The translations under genes were made by a program, and so were the position numbers. Shown one piece after another: positions 13,376 through 27,848 of a stretch of 64,000 bases of DNA; the first letter of the stretch is position 1; each line of letters begins with the position of its first letter. A model generated the notes under the pieces. That model was not told where the DNA came from and did not search any database. It was given only the letters and a program-made list of their open reading frames with translations. Where the stretch lies: assembly GCF_964204645.1 (NCBI RefSeq), contig NC_134035.1, positions 3,658,001 to 3,722,000 of the forward strand. Reading direction: 5' to 3'. The DNA comes from Tubulanus polymorphus. Its lineage: Eukaryota; Animalia; Nemertea.

Positions 13376-15642
13376 TAGATATTCGATTACGACCACATCG
13401 TGATAACGATTGATCATCGGAGATTAACTTCTGTTTCTTTCGGTTTTCTTTCGATTTAATGAATTATCGTCGAAAGCTTCCTGTTGATTATGATGTTTGA
13501 GCGGCGATGTTGTAAATTCCGCAAAAGTATCCGCTTCTAGATTTCCCGTCGCAAGCTTTCCGTTATTGCTTCACGCGGATCCGCATTACGCGGATTACTC
13601 GGAAGTCTTAACGCGCTTTGTTGTGTGTTTTGCCGACGAGAAAAGTTACACGTATATCTCAACGCGTAACGCGGACACAAACGAAACTAACACGCAGGTG
13701 GTAAGGATAAAACCAGTCCATAAAACCGGTCAGTTTTTGGCAGCACTTTTTCGCTTAGTGATAATGCATACAACATATTGCATAACGCTATCAGTCGTAA
13801 TGAGCCATAAAGCCATAAAGCCATGACAAAATTACAACGATAACACAATTCATTTTGAGATAAGGATATTTTGAATGAACTTATCTCAAAATGAAGGGGC
13901 AGTTGCCCTAGACTTTTTGGCAAAAGTGTCCTTTTGCAACTGCTTGTGCCCTTTTTAAAAAATCTAATGAAATGTAATTGTTTCGTCCAATAAAATCCTC
14001 CCCTTGGGACTTACATGCATTTTTAGCCCTAACAGAATTTTTGTTGGGGCCTGAAGAATCGTTATATCGGTGTTTGATTCAGATAAATTGACCTTTTCTG
14101 GGCCCCCACCCCCGCCCTCCTATATATTCAAATGTCAGTTGCGGCCCTGGAACTCGAGCCCTATTTGAATTCATGGTGAGCCGAATTCATTTGTCTAATG
14201 ATCCTATCATGATGATAGCTATAAGAGGAACGACACTAACATTGGCAACTCCTAAATGTGAAACCAGAAACAAAGAAAAGCGCGGAAGCGATCTATTTAT
14301 AGCCTGATATAGCCTTCTGCGGAGGAAAAAATACAGCGCTATACGATACGACGATATACGTAACGATAACGTTGTTAAAACCGATCTTGAAAAAACTGCT
14401 GGACTTACCTGTTGAAATGTATCCGAGAACCACTAGTAAAGTTATTGCAGCTGTTTTCTTCATATTACCGGTTCGAGTCTTCTTCGTCGGTTTCTAAATG
14501 ATATCTTTTCACGATCTTGTCTTCGGCTCTGAATTCGAAACAACAAAATATCCTCTTATCAGTCTCTTCGCGCGCGCCCGGTGGATTTCGGAAATTCGGA
14601 ATCTTATCCCGATCACGACCGGCGTCAAAATAAGCCCGACTTTTGCCGAACGCGTATTTCGCGTCCGTTTCCGATGGCTACACCTTATCGCGAATCGAAA
14701 AATTAGATAAAAACTGACCGACAGTTTTTGATTTGCCTTCAAACTCGCTTCTTTCTAAGCCTGCCTTTCTTTCTTACCGATAGGTCTATTATACCCCCGT
14801 TTCATCAAAGAACACTGCCTAAACAATGATGCCTACTACATCGCAATCGATCGTAACATATCTATGTACAAACATCGTGTACTAACAGCGACATAGTCGT
14901 GTGTATCTAATTGTTATGAATGTGTTGTTTTTATACTAATTCTCGAATGTTGTACATTAAGTGATTATGTCGTGGAATATAATCATTGTTAACAAATTGC
15001 CGCTCTGCGCACCCACGCCCGAGTATATATATATATATACTAGATTTACGATCAGTCTAAATTCGAGCCGAGTACGATCAATTTTTGGACAGACCCGTTC
15101 TAAACACTTATATAAAAACCGTCCGAACCCAGAAAGTGCACTTGATAGTCGAATTGGCATATTTCTAGGAGGCAGGGGCGTTGCCAGGATTTTTTAAGGG
15201 TGGCTCCGAGCCAGGATTTTTCAGTAGCGGCTCCGAACAGCCGAGATTTCCCACGTAGACGATATGAAAATAGTATAAAGTATATTTCATAGAGTGCGTT
15301 TCCGTAGGCTCCGCTTAATTAGAAGGTATACTAATTATGGGCTGCCATCCTTATCTTAAGCTACGAGTCATGAAACATCCGGGGAATTCGATTGTTACCC
15401 GCCTCATTTACGCCGCCGCGACTTCGCGGTCGAGACAAGCGCAATTCACAAATCATTTCGCATCTCGAATACGATAATAGATGATTAAATTCTACTGCGA
15501 TTGAAGTTTACTTCTGAAAATTTTATATTTAGCCCTTCCGGAGAAACAAATATTGCTTGGTTTTCACCACGCGTAGCGTTTCCATCGTAAAGGTTAATGT
15601 GTATACGTTCTCTATTCGATTTTCTGATTGCGACGACAAAGA

Positions 15643-15826
<184 letters not shown>

Positions 15827-16477
15827 ATGTTCGCCCTACGATATTTGAAACGTTCCGAGTTAGAACGGACCAAGCGTTCACACTAGCGGAATATCCGTTC
15901 TAAATTGGTCCGTTCCAATTTAGAACGACGGATCAATTTGGCCCGACCTAAAAGACCGATCTAAGTCCGTTCTAAATTCAAGCACGGACCACTTCTTTGT
16001 ATATGAATAGAACAATTAATTGATTGTTAAATGCAGTGTTGCGTCTAGCTGGACCAGTGATAACGGCAAATTTGAAAACGTGTGCGGATGTATTGATTTG
16101 GTCCGTTCTGAACCGGTCCGTTCGAGCTATAGCTACTGGCCAACACGGACGTCTAGCCATGGTGATTGCGCGCAATTATAATCAACGAATTGATGGAACA
16201 GTGGTCGGTTCCGGTAAACAGGATATGCAGTATGCGTTCGAATCATGTACGACATTGTTACAGGAAGTAAAAGCACTTCCTTTCAACCTGTGTGCATCCT
16301 TGTCCTTCGGGGTTTTTCCGGTTTCTCATTTCGGGCTGATTGATAGTTGGTTTCCGAAGCACGGTCACGTTCATTTTCATTTCACTTACGTATGGATTAT
16401 CGTTAATGAACTTTTCTCAATACAACAGCGCATAATAATCGCAAATGTTCTAATGTAATTTAATTCACGAATAAAGA

Positions 16478-16560
16478 ATAATAATAATGATAATAATGAT
16501 TATAATAATCATGATAACTATAATGATAATAATGATAATTATCATAATGATAATGATACT
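16478..16560. repeat. (AAT/GAT)n low-complexity repeat
   Basis: Imperfect trinucleotide run. Confidence 0.8.
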
Positions 16561-19047
16561 GATTCCTTTATTCAAAGCAAGCTACTGTCTGGTTATCTTA
16601 ATAAATAGCGTCATATTTCTACGATATCACGGTCATGTCTGAAATAAATTTGCTGTATTCTTTTAGATTCCCTTGCGTTGAGAAAGAGTATAGATATATT
16701 CCTTCTTCTAAATCATCTTAGTATTTTCATGACAAAAATGAGAACGGATTTGTGCAATTTCGTCGTGTTATTATGAAATGCGTAACGAATAGAATAGCAT
16801 GGGAAAAAAATATCAATATCGGATACTTTTTTAAAAAGAAAAAAAAAAGAATATGCGCCGACGTCTGAAATTTGACGGTTCTCAAAGCACTCGACCCTTC
16901 GACTCTATTTCGTGGGAACCGACAAGTTTACATATACGATGCGCGTATCATCACTGAGAGGTTATCTGTAAACAAAGCGCTGTTTCGATAGACACTCGCT
17001 GTCAACTTTACGAGTTAATTTGTTTCTTATCAAGAAAAAAAAATAGATAACAATTTTCTTCGTCAAGAGTGACACGCGACATAGCCCGAGAACCGACGAG
17101 AGTGATTTTGACGATGAATATTGCTTTGAAAAGTATGAACTATAGAATCCTCGAGACCTCGTAAGGATCGTTTCGCGAGTAACCGATTTTCTTTACGTAG
17201 TTGTTCAAATATGTATAGAAAAACTACTATCAAGATATCAGAAAAGAATAAGAAATTATTCAAAAGGAATTGCTTATTTTCTTGCGCACTTTAAATAGAA
17301 ATTAAATTTTCGTTATGGATTAGGAATTAACTATATCTGCTTCGATCCCCTTAATTCAGGTAGATTCAAGTAAAATCTCCTTCGTAGAAAATGTCCGAAT
17401 TTCAAGAATTTAAAAAGTAGCCTCATAAGATTTATCGAGCATTTTACCGTAGGTGTCAAAGAACTCTTAAGGACGTGCCTCATTTCAAATGTCACGATTC
17501 GGAAACCGACCAGTTTTTGCTGATACAAAAAAAAGAAACTCCAATATTTTCGCACCGACTGAATTTAAATCAGATCTGATGATACAAGATTGGATCATTA
17601 TTATGAATCTAACGAAAAATTGACGCATCCTTGTTATAAGAATATATATAATCGAAAAAGCCCAATTAAAAAATCAAAAATTGAAAAAGATTTGAAAAAC
17701 GAAATCTGTTATCGAAAATGTTAAGATTTTAAAAACCTGACCGGACGATTTTTGAATTTTCGATAATAAATTTCGTTTTCCGATCTTGAATTCGAATAAA
17801 GTGGCCTAATGTTAATCGTATTATCTATTGGCCACAATTCCCGTTGAAATTAAATTCGGAAACGAAATGCGTATACTTACTTGCAGCTTAATGTTTGGCT
17901 ATCGGAAGTCCGGGTTCTGTCGGCGGTGTTGAGAGCTGTGTTCGACGCTGCGAGCTCCTCTTCTAAACTGACACGAGATTGAAAAAACGTTCGTTCGTCG
18001 TCGTCACTCACACACAAACTCGCTGCACCGTTCTCGGCCTTTACGTCATGCGTGCGCTTTCCGATCGAGAGTTGTACCGATGGAAATAGTCGTTATGAGA
18101 CGACGGAAATCGGCGTCTCGCGCGACTGTTGATGCCGTGATGGGTCACCGCACTACCGCGCAGGGACGAGAAATAGCACTCGGATTACATTTACTAATTA
18201 GTCGATGCACGGTTGTTGTTCGGAATTTAATTAATCGATTTGTAAACTGAAATTTAACGCCGGTGCTAATTTTAATGGAAGGCGACTTGCGTGAAAGTTC
18301 GCGCATCGGCCACAACTTATTGCACTCGCTTGAACGGGGAGCTAATTAACGAAAGGGACCTCGCGAATGTCGATAATCATTTCATCGGTGCTGATTGTAA
18401 AGTTAATAGTAAAGTTTACTTTTCGAAGGAGAGAATTGTGTAGGGCGCAGAAAATAAACGGATGCCATTTATATAGAATCTTCAGATAGATACAAGAAAA
18501 CTGACTTGAATGTTTATTGACGCTTTGGACAATAATACATCACACTGCTTAACATCTTACAACATTGACTATTTCGGTCACGACGACGCATTCATGACCC
18601 GAAGTTCACTGATTAGATTTAGTCAAAATATGACTTATTTCTCGTCCACATAACGCTTGAAACCTTGACTGGAAGTGGGAGTGTTTGAAAATCGACTACA
18701 TTTGTCAATGATCTTCAATGGTTCGCGCGTTTTTAATTTCACCAGGAAAAATGGAGTTAGAACTGTTTAAGCTATTCTTTTTAGAGAAAAGCAAGGCCCC
18801 CGAAAATATTGAATATTCTGACCTCTTAAAACCTTTTTTTTTCAAGCTGATGGTTAGCCACACTTTTGTTACAGCCCAGTGGCTATATCATTATGTATAT
18901 TCAATGTTTTACGTATAAGTGCCTTAAAGCAGCTGTGTTTTACTGAATAAGGCACCAAATAGAATAGATAATAGGGATTATAATGATAATATCGAAATTA
19001 ATAGTAATAATCATACATGTAATAGTAACGATAATGATTATCAAAAA

Positions 19048-19060
19048 AATTATTATTATG

Positions 19061-19095
<35 letters not shown>

Positions 19096-19097
19096 GA
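19048..19097. repeat. (ATT)n microsatellite
   Basis: Trinucleotide run. Confidence 0.9.
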
Positions 19098-21367
19098 TAA
19101 CCCGAATTCCCTGTTTTTGGCGACCAACTTCGACGAGATAAAAAAAAAACTTTAACTTGCCCATAATGTTTATACGCGTGGTAAGTTTGATTCTATCTCA
19201 CGATGTTATTCGTTAATAAAATATTTAATTACTAAAAGAAATAAAGATTAAAAAAAACGTCGTACTAATTTTGGGTCGCGTGAACGTTGATTAAAGAAAT
19301 TCTATACGGCGCGTGATCAAATGCGGTTGATATTCGACACCTGCGCGCGTGACGTTGAAACCAACGACGTCGAAAGATTCATCGAAACTCTTTCGAGACG
19401 CCGGTTCAACCGCACGGGCGCGCGTAATGAGCGTCTCATAATCACGCGCGTTCGTGACTTACTAATTACAACAACTAACTATTATGTATAGATACTATGT
19501 AAAAGCCCATGTAGTAATACGAATGACCTCCGTTTGTTTCTTTTGAAAGTAAAAATTAAGCCTGTGTCAGTCAATATATAGTTTCAATCTCCCTCTTTTC
19601 GCATTGAATTATCTATCATTTCTAGTATTTGAATGTTTTGTTTTTCCGTCATCTTCAGTATGATTTGTATGTATCATGATTATTTGGCATAAAGGAAATA
19701 TTTCTTTGACAATAAAGTTATAACAAGTCAGTATATATAAGATAATGTTGTTTGGGTAATACTTCGGGAGTATGAGTGACTCGTGTGTCGAAAGCCTGTT
19801 ACGACCACCTTTTGTGATTAAGTATTTTCAAAGATATCCCCTGCATATTTTCAAATTTTTGGGCAAAGCAAAGAAATACCAAAACCGCCAAAATTATAGG
19901 TAAATATTAAACGATTATAGATAGGTTAATGTCCTGCGTCTATCAGCTGAAGTGTTATATTCATAAATTATTCAAATCGTTCGTGAAATCGGATTGTCAG
20001 TGCAATAAAATCAGGTACGTCGAAAAGCAGACATTTCTCGCAATGACATGTCGGTAATAATCAAACATGAATGATTCGGTTTTGTTTTCATCGCAGAAAT
20101 TCCCGACGAGTCAAAAATTGATTCCATGTTTCTCATTCCCGTTGAGCTTAAAAGTTGACCCAGCCGGACGTATATACAAGAAACATTGACATTTACAGGT
20201 TACACGCCAAATATGTGACTAAATGACCATTTCAAAAGTTTAGCTTTTAAGTGGTGAAGTAAATGGATTTTGAGTTGAATAAGGAATACTGCTAATTTTC
20301 ATAGCGATATTCATTGAAATATCAACTATCAAATCTGCAAACACTAGTTATAACGCGACTATTGCTCGGACTACATTTTATCGACATAATAGATGTATAT
20401 TTACATACATGCATGTATACGTGTCTAAAATGTAATGCTTTTAAAAATACGATATTTGCGTTTGAAACATAACTTTTTTTTCTAAATTTTACTAATCAAC
20501 GCAATTTCGAACGTGTCCCATTCGGACTCGTTTTATTGCGTATCTCTTCGAGCGAGGCGTTCGGTAACTCGATCCGTGCATGACCGCGATAGTAAACGCG
20601 TTCTAATGGCTGAAGCGAAACTCGAGACTATTTTCGTTAAGTTGTCTGCATTTCACGTCACTTATAGTTAAGCGCGTTGAAATGTTTAATTGTAGTTTAA
20701 ACGTTTCGATGTTTGGATATCGTTCCGAATGCTTGCGATGGGAAAACAGTCGTTCGGTCTCGCGCGGCTGTTATCTCAACATTGCAGTTGTTCGCGCTGA
20801 GGGTAATTGTAATCGCTGATGTCTCGGGCTATAAGACTAAATCCAACGAAAGAGAGCCAATTTCAAACGACTTGTAGAACAGCGATGTACATTAGCGCCG
20901 AGCAATTTAGCCATATTACACGACGAGCTTCGTTGTTTCGGTGCTGCAACGCGGCGAGTCGAAATACTTCTCTTTTCACTTAAGGAAAGGCTTTCAAATC
21001 CGAGATGTATAGTATGCGCAACGAATATCAAAAGCCGCGATCATACGGGGATGATTTGACCCCGGTAAAACCAACCTGAATCAGACCCGAGTCAAATTTG
21101 GCCCGTACCTAAAAGAGAGCGTGTTCACGCGTTTCTAAAATGCCATCAAAACGTTGCTGCTGCAAGTGAGTCACATCCAGGACAAGTAAGCGTTCACACG
21201 GAATAATTTGGCCCGATGCTAAAGTTTGCGCGGGCCTGGTCCGACGTTTTTGGTCGGGCCGAATTTGGCCGCATCAACCAGGTACACGAACCTTTTTAGT
21301 CTAGTTATCTAGCCGTTGTCCCCCAAACCGTTCCGTTGTTGCAAGGGACTGTAACAACGTCTGGGGC

Positions 21368-21501
21368 TGCAGTTGCATAGTCATGGCTTAGACTTAAGAC
21401 CAGTCTAAGACCAATTTAGTTCTATAGCCAATCTAACAACTTAATACCAATCTTAAGATTTTGACAAATTTTGGACTTAAGTCACGACTGTGCAACTGGC
21501 C
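21368..21501. mobile_element. MITE with CAGTTGCA...TGCAACTG TIRs (other copies at ~57170-57297 and, partially, ~23360-23510)
   Basis: Inverted termini; internal TTAGTTCTATAGCCAATCTAACAACT is shared between copies. Confidence 0.7.
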
Positions 21502-24056
21502 AGTGGTATTCAGACTATAACCCATTTGGCGGGAAAAAAGATTAAACCCCGGTAAATAAAAAAACGCTCGTGCAGGATCGTGGCTATACAAACGTTCACG
21601 ACGGTCAAAGATAATCTCTTTTTAAACTATACTGAAATGCTTGCTGGGTACATACAGCATTACGCGGGGTATGCACTGCGTTCAATCTATATCAGGGCGG
21701 CGAGAACCGTACAAAGTGTCTCAGTGGAATATCTTCTAATATCCGACTCTTCTCAGCCGCGACCATACGACTTTTACCAATACCCCAGCGGCAGTTACGC
21801 TGTATTGCCGCCACGTCCGTCATAGCCCTCTTGCCAGCGTGAATCATTGATGACGTCATCAACGATGAATTATTTTCCGAACGGGGGCCACTGACGCCGT
21901 TGATGGAGTCGCAAAACCCGTCGTAAAAACCGATCGGATCTGTTGCATAATTTGGTCGGTATCGCCGATCCGTCGACAGGAATTCCCCTTAACTAAGCTC
22001 AACTTCACCTGAAACATTGATGATTTTCTCGAAAGTTTGTTTTTAACCGACGCTGACAGATATTTCCTTTTTGAAACGTAAATGTTGACTCTACACTCGA
22101 GGTATGTCCCATTCTGCTTTTTGAATATTTCATTCGTATTCGCTTTACCATTAAACGCTGCAATCTTCCGATCAAATCGGTTGAATTGCACGCTAGAATA
22201 TTGTGCGCGTGCCAACCTCTGAAAAGCGCTATCAGTTACGAATTGAATATTTTTTATGTACCATTTCATTGGAATATGAAAGAACGTTAAAATTAATCAG
22301 TAAACAAGGGGTCTAAGACCTTCAGTGACACCTTCATATTTCTCTTCAAATTAATCAGTAATCAAGGGCTGTAAGACCCTCAGTATAACAACTTTACAAA
22401 CATAACATCTTAATAACATCTTAACATCTTTACATATCTTTACAAATTAATTTTGAATTTTTGACACGCTGATTGAACGCTGACTGGACCGAGCGAACAT
22501 CCAAAAATCGGCCGTAGCGTCAAAACCAGAGCCATGTTCTGGGATGATGTATTATTGTGCGGGCACAAAACCGCCGTGCGTCGTGAAATCGGTTTAAGCA
22601 ATTACACGGTTTCACTGGGAAAACAAGTCCGCAGTTTTCATCAACGGTTTACGAGTTAATGTTCGTCCGAAAACGACCGATTTGTCAATATGATGTTGCC
22701 CGTTATTGGGGTTAAATATTGTCTCGTCGGTCGATGGATGGATTTGCCAAACGACATTGATAGTGGTATAAAGACTCCCAAACAGCTTCGAAATCGGTCC
22801 GTTTCAGACGGCGGACGAATCGACATGGAAAGATAGATCGTGCGCGCGTTGCTGAATCGAGTTGACCGGACGGACCGACAAAAAATCATCTAAAGAAGAT
22901 TTGCCATATCTGTGACGACTGCGCATGATATGTTGTACATGATCGACGAAATTCACTGGAATCATTTCGACGATAACAAAACGACGCCGAGTCATTTGCA
23001 AACCGAATAAAGTTGAAAATTGTCGACAGTTTTCGTATGACTGATGAGACGTTAGCGTGCGCGTAGACATCGCGTTTTGACAACTCGTTATCGAGATAAT
23101 CCGGCATGGTGACCTCTCCCGAAGCGAGTTCATATTTCGAAATCGTTTGGGTTGTGTGCTCACGCTGATCTTCGGCTTTCTGGTATCCACCGGGTTCCGA
23201 AATCTTACAAAATATATGATAAACCACCTGTTTCGCTCCCGGCAGATGTGGTGGGTTTGCAAGGGACGCCAAATCAGAACAAATCAAATGAAATCAACCA
23301 ATTGAATAAATAATAGGGTCAACCCCTATTTAAAAAAATCAAAGATAATCATTTTTTTTCTATAGCTAATCTTACAACTTATGATCCAGTTTTGAATTGT
23401 TAGATTAGCTATAGAACAGAAGTGGTTATAGATCTTAAGATCCAGTCTTAAGATCTAAGTCACTAAGTGACTAAGGGCTTGAGTGACGACTGAGCAACTG
23501 AGCACTGGTTCCCGACTGCCCGATCTCTCACAAAATAACATCAGAAATATAGAATTATGAATCGAAATCTTGACTAATGAGTTTTCGAAAGCAAATCGCG
23601 ACCTAAGGCACGGAACTTCTTGTGTCGTTTAATTTTTAGGACTATATTAACCTTCCAAATCATATCAGTTTTTCCATTTCGAAACAGATAAAAGCGCTCT
23701 GAGCAGGCGGCATTTCGAATCGAAAGTGATTTTTGCCAAAACGAAATATCAAATCGATGACATAGCTCATATTTCGGGCACAGCTCTATCCGAGCGGAGA
23801 GACAACATACTCTTCCGGGCTGATGTGACATTCGAATGAAATTTGAATATCAGCAGCGGCTTCGTCGTCGACACGCTCTCAAAAAATCTTATCGAATACT
23901 TTACTTCGCGTTGGGATCAACACAGCTCTCTATAATGACAGCGGGTTTTTTTTTCTGAAGAAAATTACTCTCTCGCTCGAGTTGCCATTGAGTACTATCT
24001 ATCAGCGATAGCTCAGAACCTTCATAGATACGTTCATTAAAATGTTTTGAAGTTGT

Positions 24057-24290
24057 ACCGTGGAGCTGAGTGGGCGAGCGTTCGATTCTGTGGAGTCAAG
24101 TCGAGGGTTCGAACCCGTAAATGTCCGCGGGCAAATCCTCATTGCCTATCTCCATCCAGGAGTGCCTGGTCTGATAGATGACTCGTGAGCGCTGAGTAGA
24201 GTTGCTCGGGTATTACTTCCACCTCCCCCCCCCCCCCCCAAAGAGAGATGACTGCTACTTGAGATATAGGCTGGGGTAAAAACACCAACT
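24057..24290 (+). mobile_element. tRNA-derived SINE copy (same family as 575-860)
   Basis: A-box-like TGGAGCTGAGTGG, B box GGTTCGAACCC, core ATGTCCGCGGGCAAATCC...TCCATCCAGGAGT, then AGAGAGATGACTG...GATATAGGCTGGGGTAA. Confidence 0.7.
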
Positions 24291-24303
24291 GAATGAAAGC
24301 ATC

Positions 24304-24414
24304 AGGACCCAGTTCCACGGTTCTGACTTGAGATTTAACTCTAGGTGAACTCATTAAAAATGAACTGATTTTAACTCAGAGTTAAGTTTAACTCACAACA
24401 GTGGAACCGCGTCC
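24304..24414. mobile_element. Short palindromic MITE (other copies at ~60003-60118 and, partially, ~62240)
   Basis: GGACCCAGTTCCAC...GTGGAACCGCGTCC termini; GAACTGATTTTAAC.CAGAGTTAA...TAACTCACAAC is shared between copies. Confidence 0.65.
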
Positions 24415-27400
24415 AGAGCCGTATAACAGCGAAAATTGGCTATGGAAGTTAAATTACTATTTTCAATATCGTTCATCTGAATAGAATGCTAAATTGCAAC
24501 CATCGTGAAAATCATTATCATTAAGCGAGCATGTTTCGATGCGATTCACCGTGAACCTTGTGGCTGATGTAACATAGGTGTTGGGTTCACGAACGGAGAT
24601 CACTGCGGATACAACCATTTCCAGGACTAGAGCGCACGCCATATCGGAAACTTTACAGATTAATGATATAACGCTTATCTTTATCCTTATTCTGATACGG
24701 GATCGGGGTATCAAATATCGAATGACTGATGGATTTCTCGAGAGATGTCGATAACTCATTTACGAGGAAATAAATGCCCGGCATCTTTTGCGAGGAGTCG
24801 ATAAAACGGCCGTATCGACGAGACGTAGATGGATATCCGTGAAACCTACAGGCTCGGCGACACTGATTTCCCTGCGGTACACCGCGTGAAACCGCGAAAA
24901 GAACAAAAAATTGATTCTACCATATAAATCACCGATGTTACGCGGATAAGGTTAACGGTCGCCTCCACGTGTCTTCTACGTGTAATAATTATATTTCGCA
25001 GCGATTTATTTGCAGCCGCGGCGAAGACAGCTCAATTTTTCGTTAATTATATACAGAATGCGTTCGTACCCGACGGTGATTTAGTAACCGGGGTGGAGAT
25101 GCGGGGGTGTCGACGGGCAGGGGAAGTCGGTAGTCATCCCTTGCGTATTGAATGCCAGTTCGTTCATTGCTTGCTCCCAGTGTATTTATTACTCTATTTC
25201 ATACATCGGATTTGCATTTTTCAAACGTTTTTGAATACGTAAATGCAGCTGGTGGAAAAAGCATGAATTAGATACTTTTTTCTCTTCGAAACAACGCGAA
25301 AGGTTTCAAACTAATGATCGATAATTCGCTTAATACGTTAATATCAACATCATCAATTTCCGATTTCAAAATCAAACCCTCTGTTTCGTCAACGGCAGGT
25401 GTGATGGGTTTGTAAGGGACACCAAATCAAAAAAAAAAATCAAACGAAATCTACCGATTAACTAAATGATAAAATGAAAGTCCCTATTTTAAGATCCAAC
25501 GTCAACAGTGTCGAGTAACACTGTGCGTCAACTTCAGACTGGTCAACGGCTGGTTGATAAGTCGACTGCCGGCTTATGCATCAACCGAACGCCGAAAACA
25601 TAAACCAAATTGTAGTTAGTCTCACTGGAAAGGAAACTTTCTATATCTTACTTCGAAATGATGTAGTTAGGCGGTTTTCTTCTTAAGTTGGATTACAGAC
25701 CCGCCGACGAACGTTTCCAATTTCTAGGTATAAAGAATATGTATTTCTATTCTTTACCCGGAGCCCCTCATTTTTAAGCATGGATTTAGAAACGAAAGTA
25801 AACATTTATAATTTCTTCCACAATGCCACATCATCCTTTGACATCACACAAAAAAATCGCGGTTGGGAATGGGTGTTCTAATGGATATATTGTCAGTAGA
25901 TAGCGTGATATGTAAAAATGGCCGCGTCATGTGTGTAGGCAATAAATAGAGAAAATATTCGAAAACATTAGGCAAAACGACCTCAAAGTAGAACGATTTT
26001 TTTTTCTAATCCCCTCCCCCGATCAATCAATTTGTAGTGAATGAATTCAATGTTTTAAGAGATTTAGAAAATTATTTCAAGTCCATCGAAATCCTCCGTC
26101 TCCCAACTTAAAATGAAAATACGGCCTTACGAATATTTCATTCGTTTGAAACATGAATTCGAAAATCCTCCCACACCGCCAGCCTGGGAAAATTTGGTTT
26201 TTGATATTGGTTTTAAACGCGATTTGAGGCCATATGTTACCAAGATTAGACTTAGAGGAAGTACTGCTACATATATACGCATAGAATAGAAATCACGGTG
26301 AAATTTTATAAGTGAATAAAAAGTACTGGATGAAATTAATGATTTGATGATTAATTTTTGCTGTAATAATGTATATTCTATCGAACAGTGCGGTCTGTTT
26401 TATCCATACTCGCTCATATTTGTATATCTCGGTCTTTTAGATTAAGACCGATATTTGAGATTAATTAAACGTTGTTGATTTTGTGTTCGGATTGCAGGCG
26501 AATTATTTGCGAACTAAGAACTCACTTCCGAAATGATTTTTTAACGTAGGGAGCGATCGTGCTAACCAGTAGACCTATAGAATTTCTAGTCAACTTGGCC
26601 AGTGGTTGTTCAGCTTGTGCTATTTGCGTAACAGTCTGAATAATCCAGATCTCCGTCATCTAAAACAGGTAACGAATCTTTTGGCATCGCCTGACCCATA
26701 ACTCTTAATAAGGAAGCTAGCAGTATTCATAAAAAAGTCGATAGTCATCGTTTTGTACATGCGTCGCAGACTGCATATGTCGATAAATGAGAACTTAATA
26801 ATATCTGTATTCGCTGTTATTGTATAACTGTATGAAAACTGTATAGAATCTAATAAAAACACTAGAATTTTTATGAGTTATGAATTTTAATCATAACCCA
26901 CCCGTAAGCGGAGACAAATGTCAAGGTCGCACAGTCGTGAGCAGTCGTGATTATCTAGGATGCACTGATTGCGGGTCTGCAGGCTGCCACGTAACATCAT
27001 CAAATACTCGGGATATGCGGTATTTCCGATTCTAAACATGCTTATTAAACTTCAAATCGTGGAGAAAAAAATCAACGCGATGTGCGGCGAAAGCTAGTGA
27101 GGGTATAATCTATAATATGTGAAATCATAATCGTTTCGTTTGAATGACAGGCTGATTAAGGCGACAGACATGTGAAATGCGAATCACAATATTTTTTAAT
27201 GAAACGGTTTAACTTCGACAATCCTTTATTTTTAGCGCGTTTTCGAATAATTTTGGATGCATGAATAATTCAATTCCAAAGGCTTTATTTCAAAGGCTTG
27301 CTGAAATGTGCATATATGTATGTATATATGACCCTTATCAGTCGCCAAGGTATGTTTTTAAGCGTGCTTTTTTGAACTCTTTTATCTTCGTATCAGGATT

Positions 27401-27848
27401 GGTAATGACAATGTTTGAATTCATTGTTCGAATCATCTTGTTTTAACGCGCAAATCTCCTCGTCGCGGATCATTTAGAAATGGTCCCATCTCCAAAGGGC
27501 AATTGATCTCTACTAAGAGTTGAAATCCAATAATATCGTTCCACGGTTCAGTCCACGCAGAAAAGAAATCCTGAATCCGTAGTAAATTGATTTCGCAGAA
27601 GATTTTACCAAACAGGTGTAGTTAACGGAATTCTGACCCATCCCTTCAAAGTTGGAAATATTCTCAAAATTTTTCGATATACTTATTGGTGGGCGCGGGG
27701 AATACGGAAGTTAAAAACACATTTGAATATTAGAAGCAGAAATTAACACCGATATATAAACTTTATTCCTTATCCTTAGATTTTCATTTATAACTTAAAA
27801 CTCAACAATTCGAATCAGTGGCGCGTTTGTGTATAATATGATACGTTA

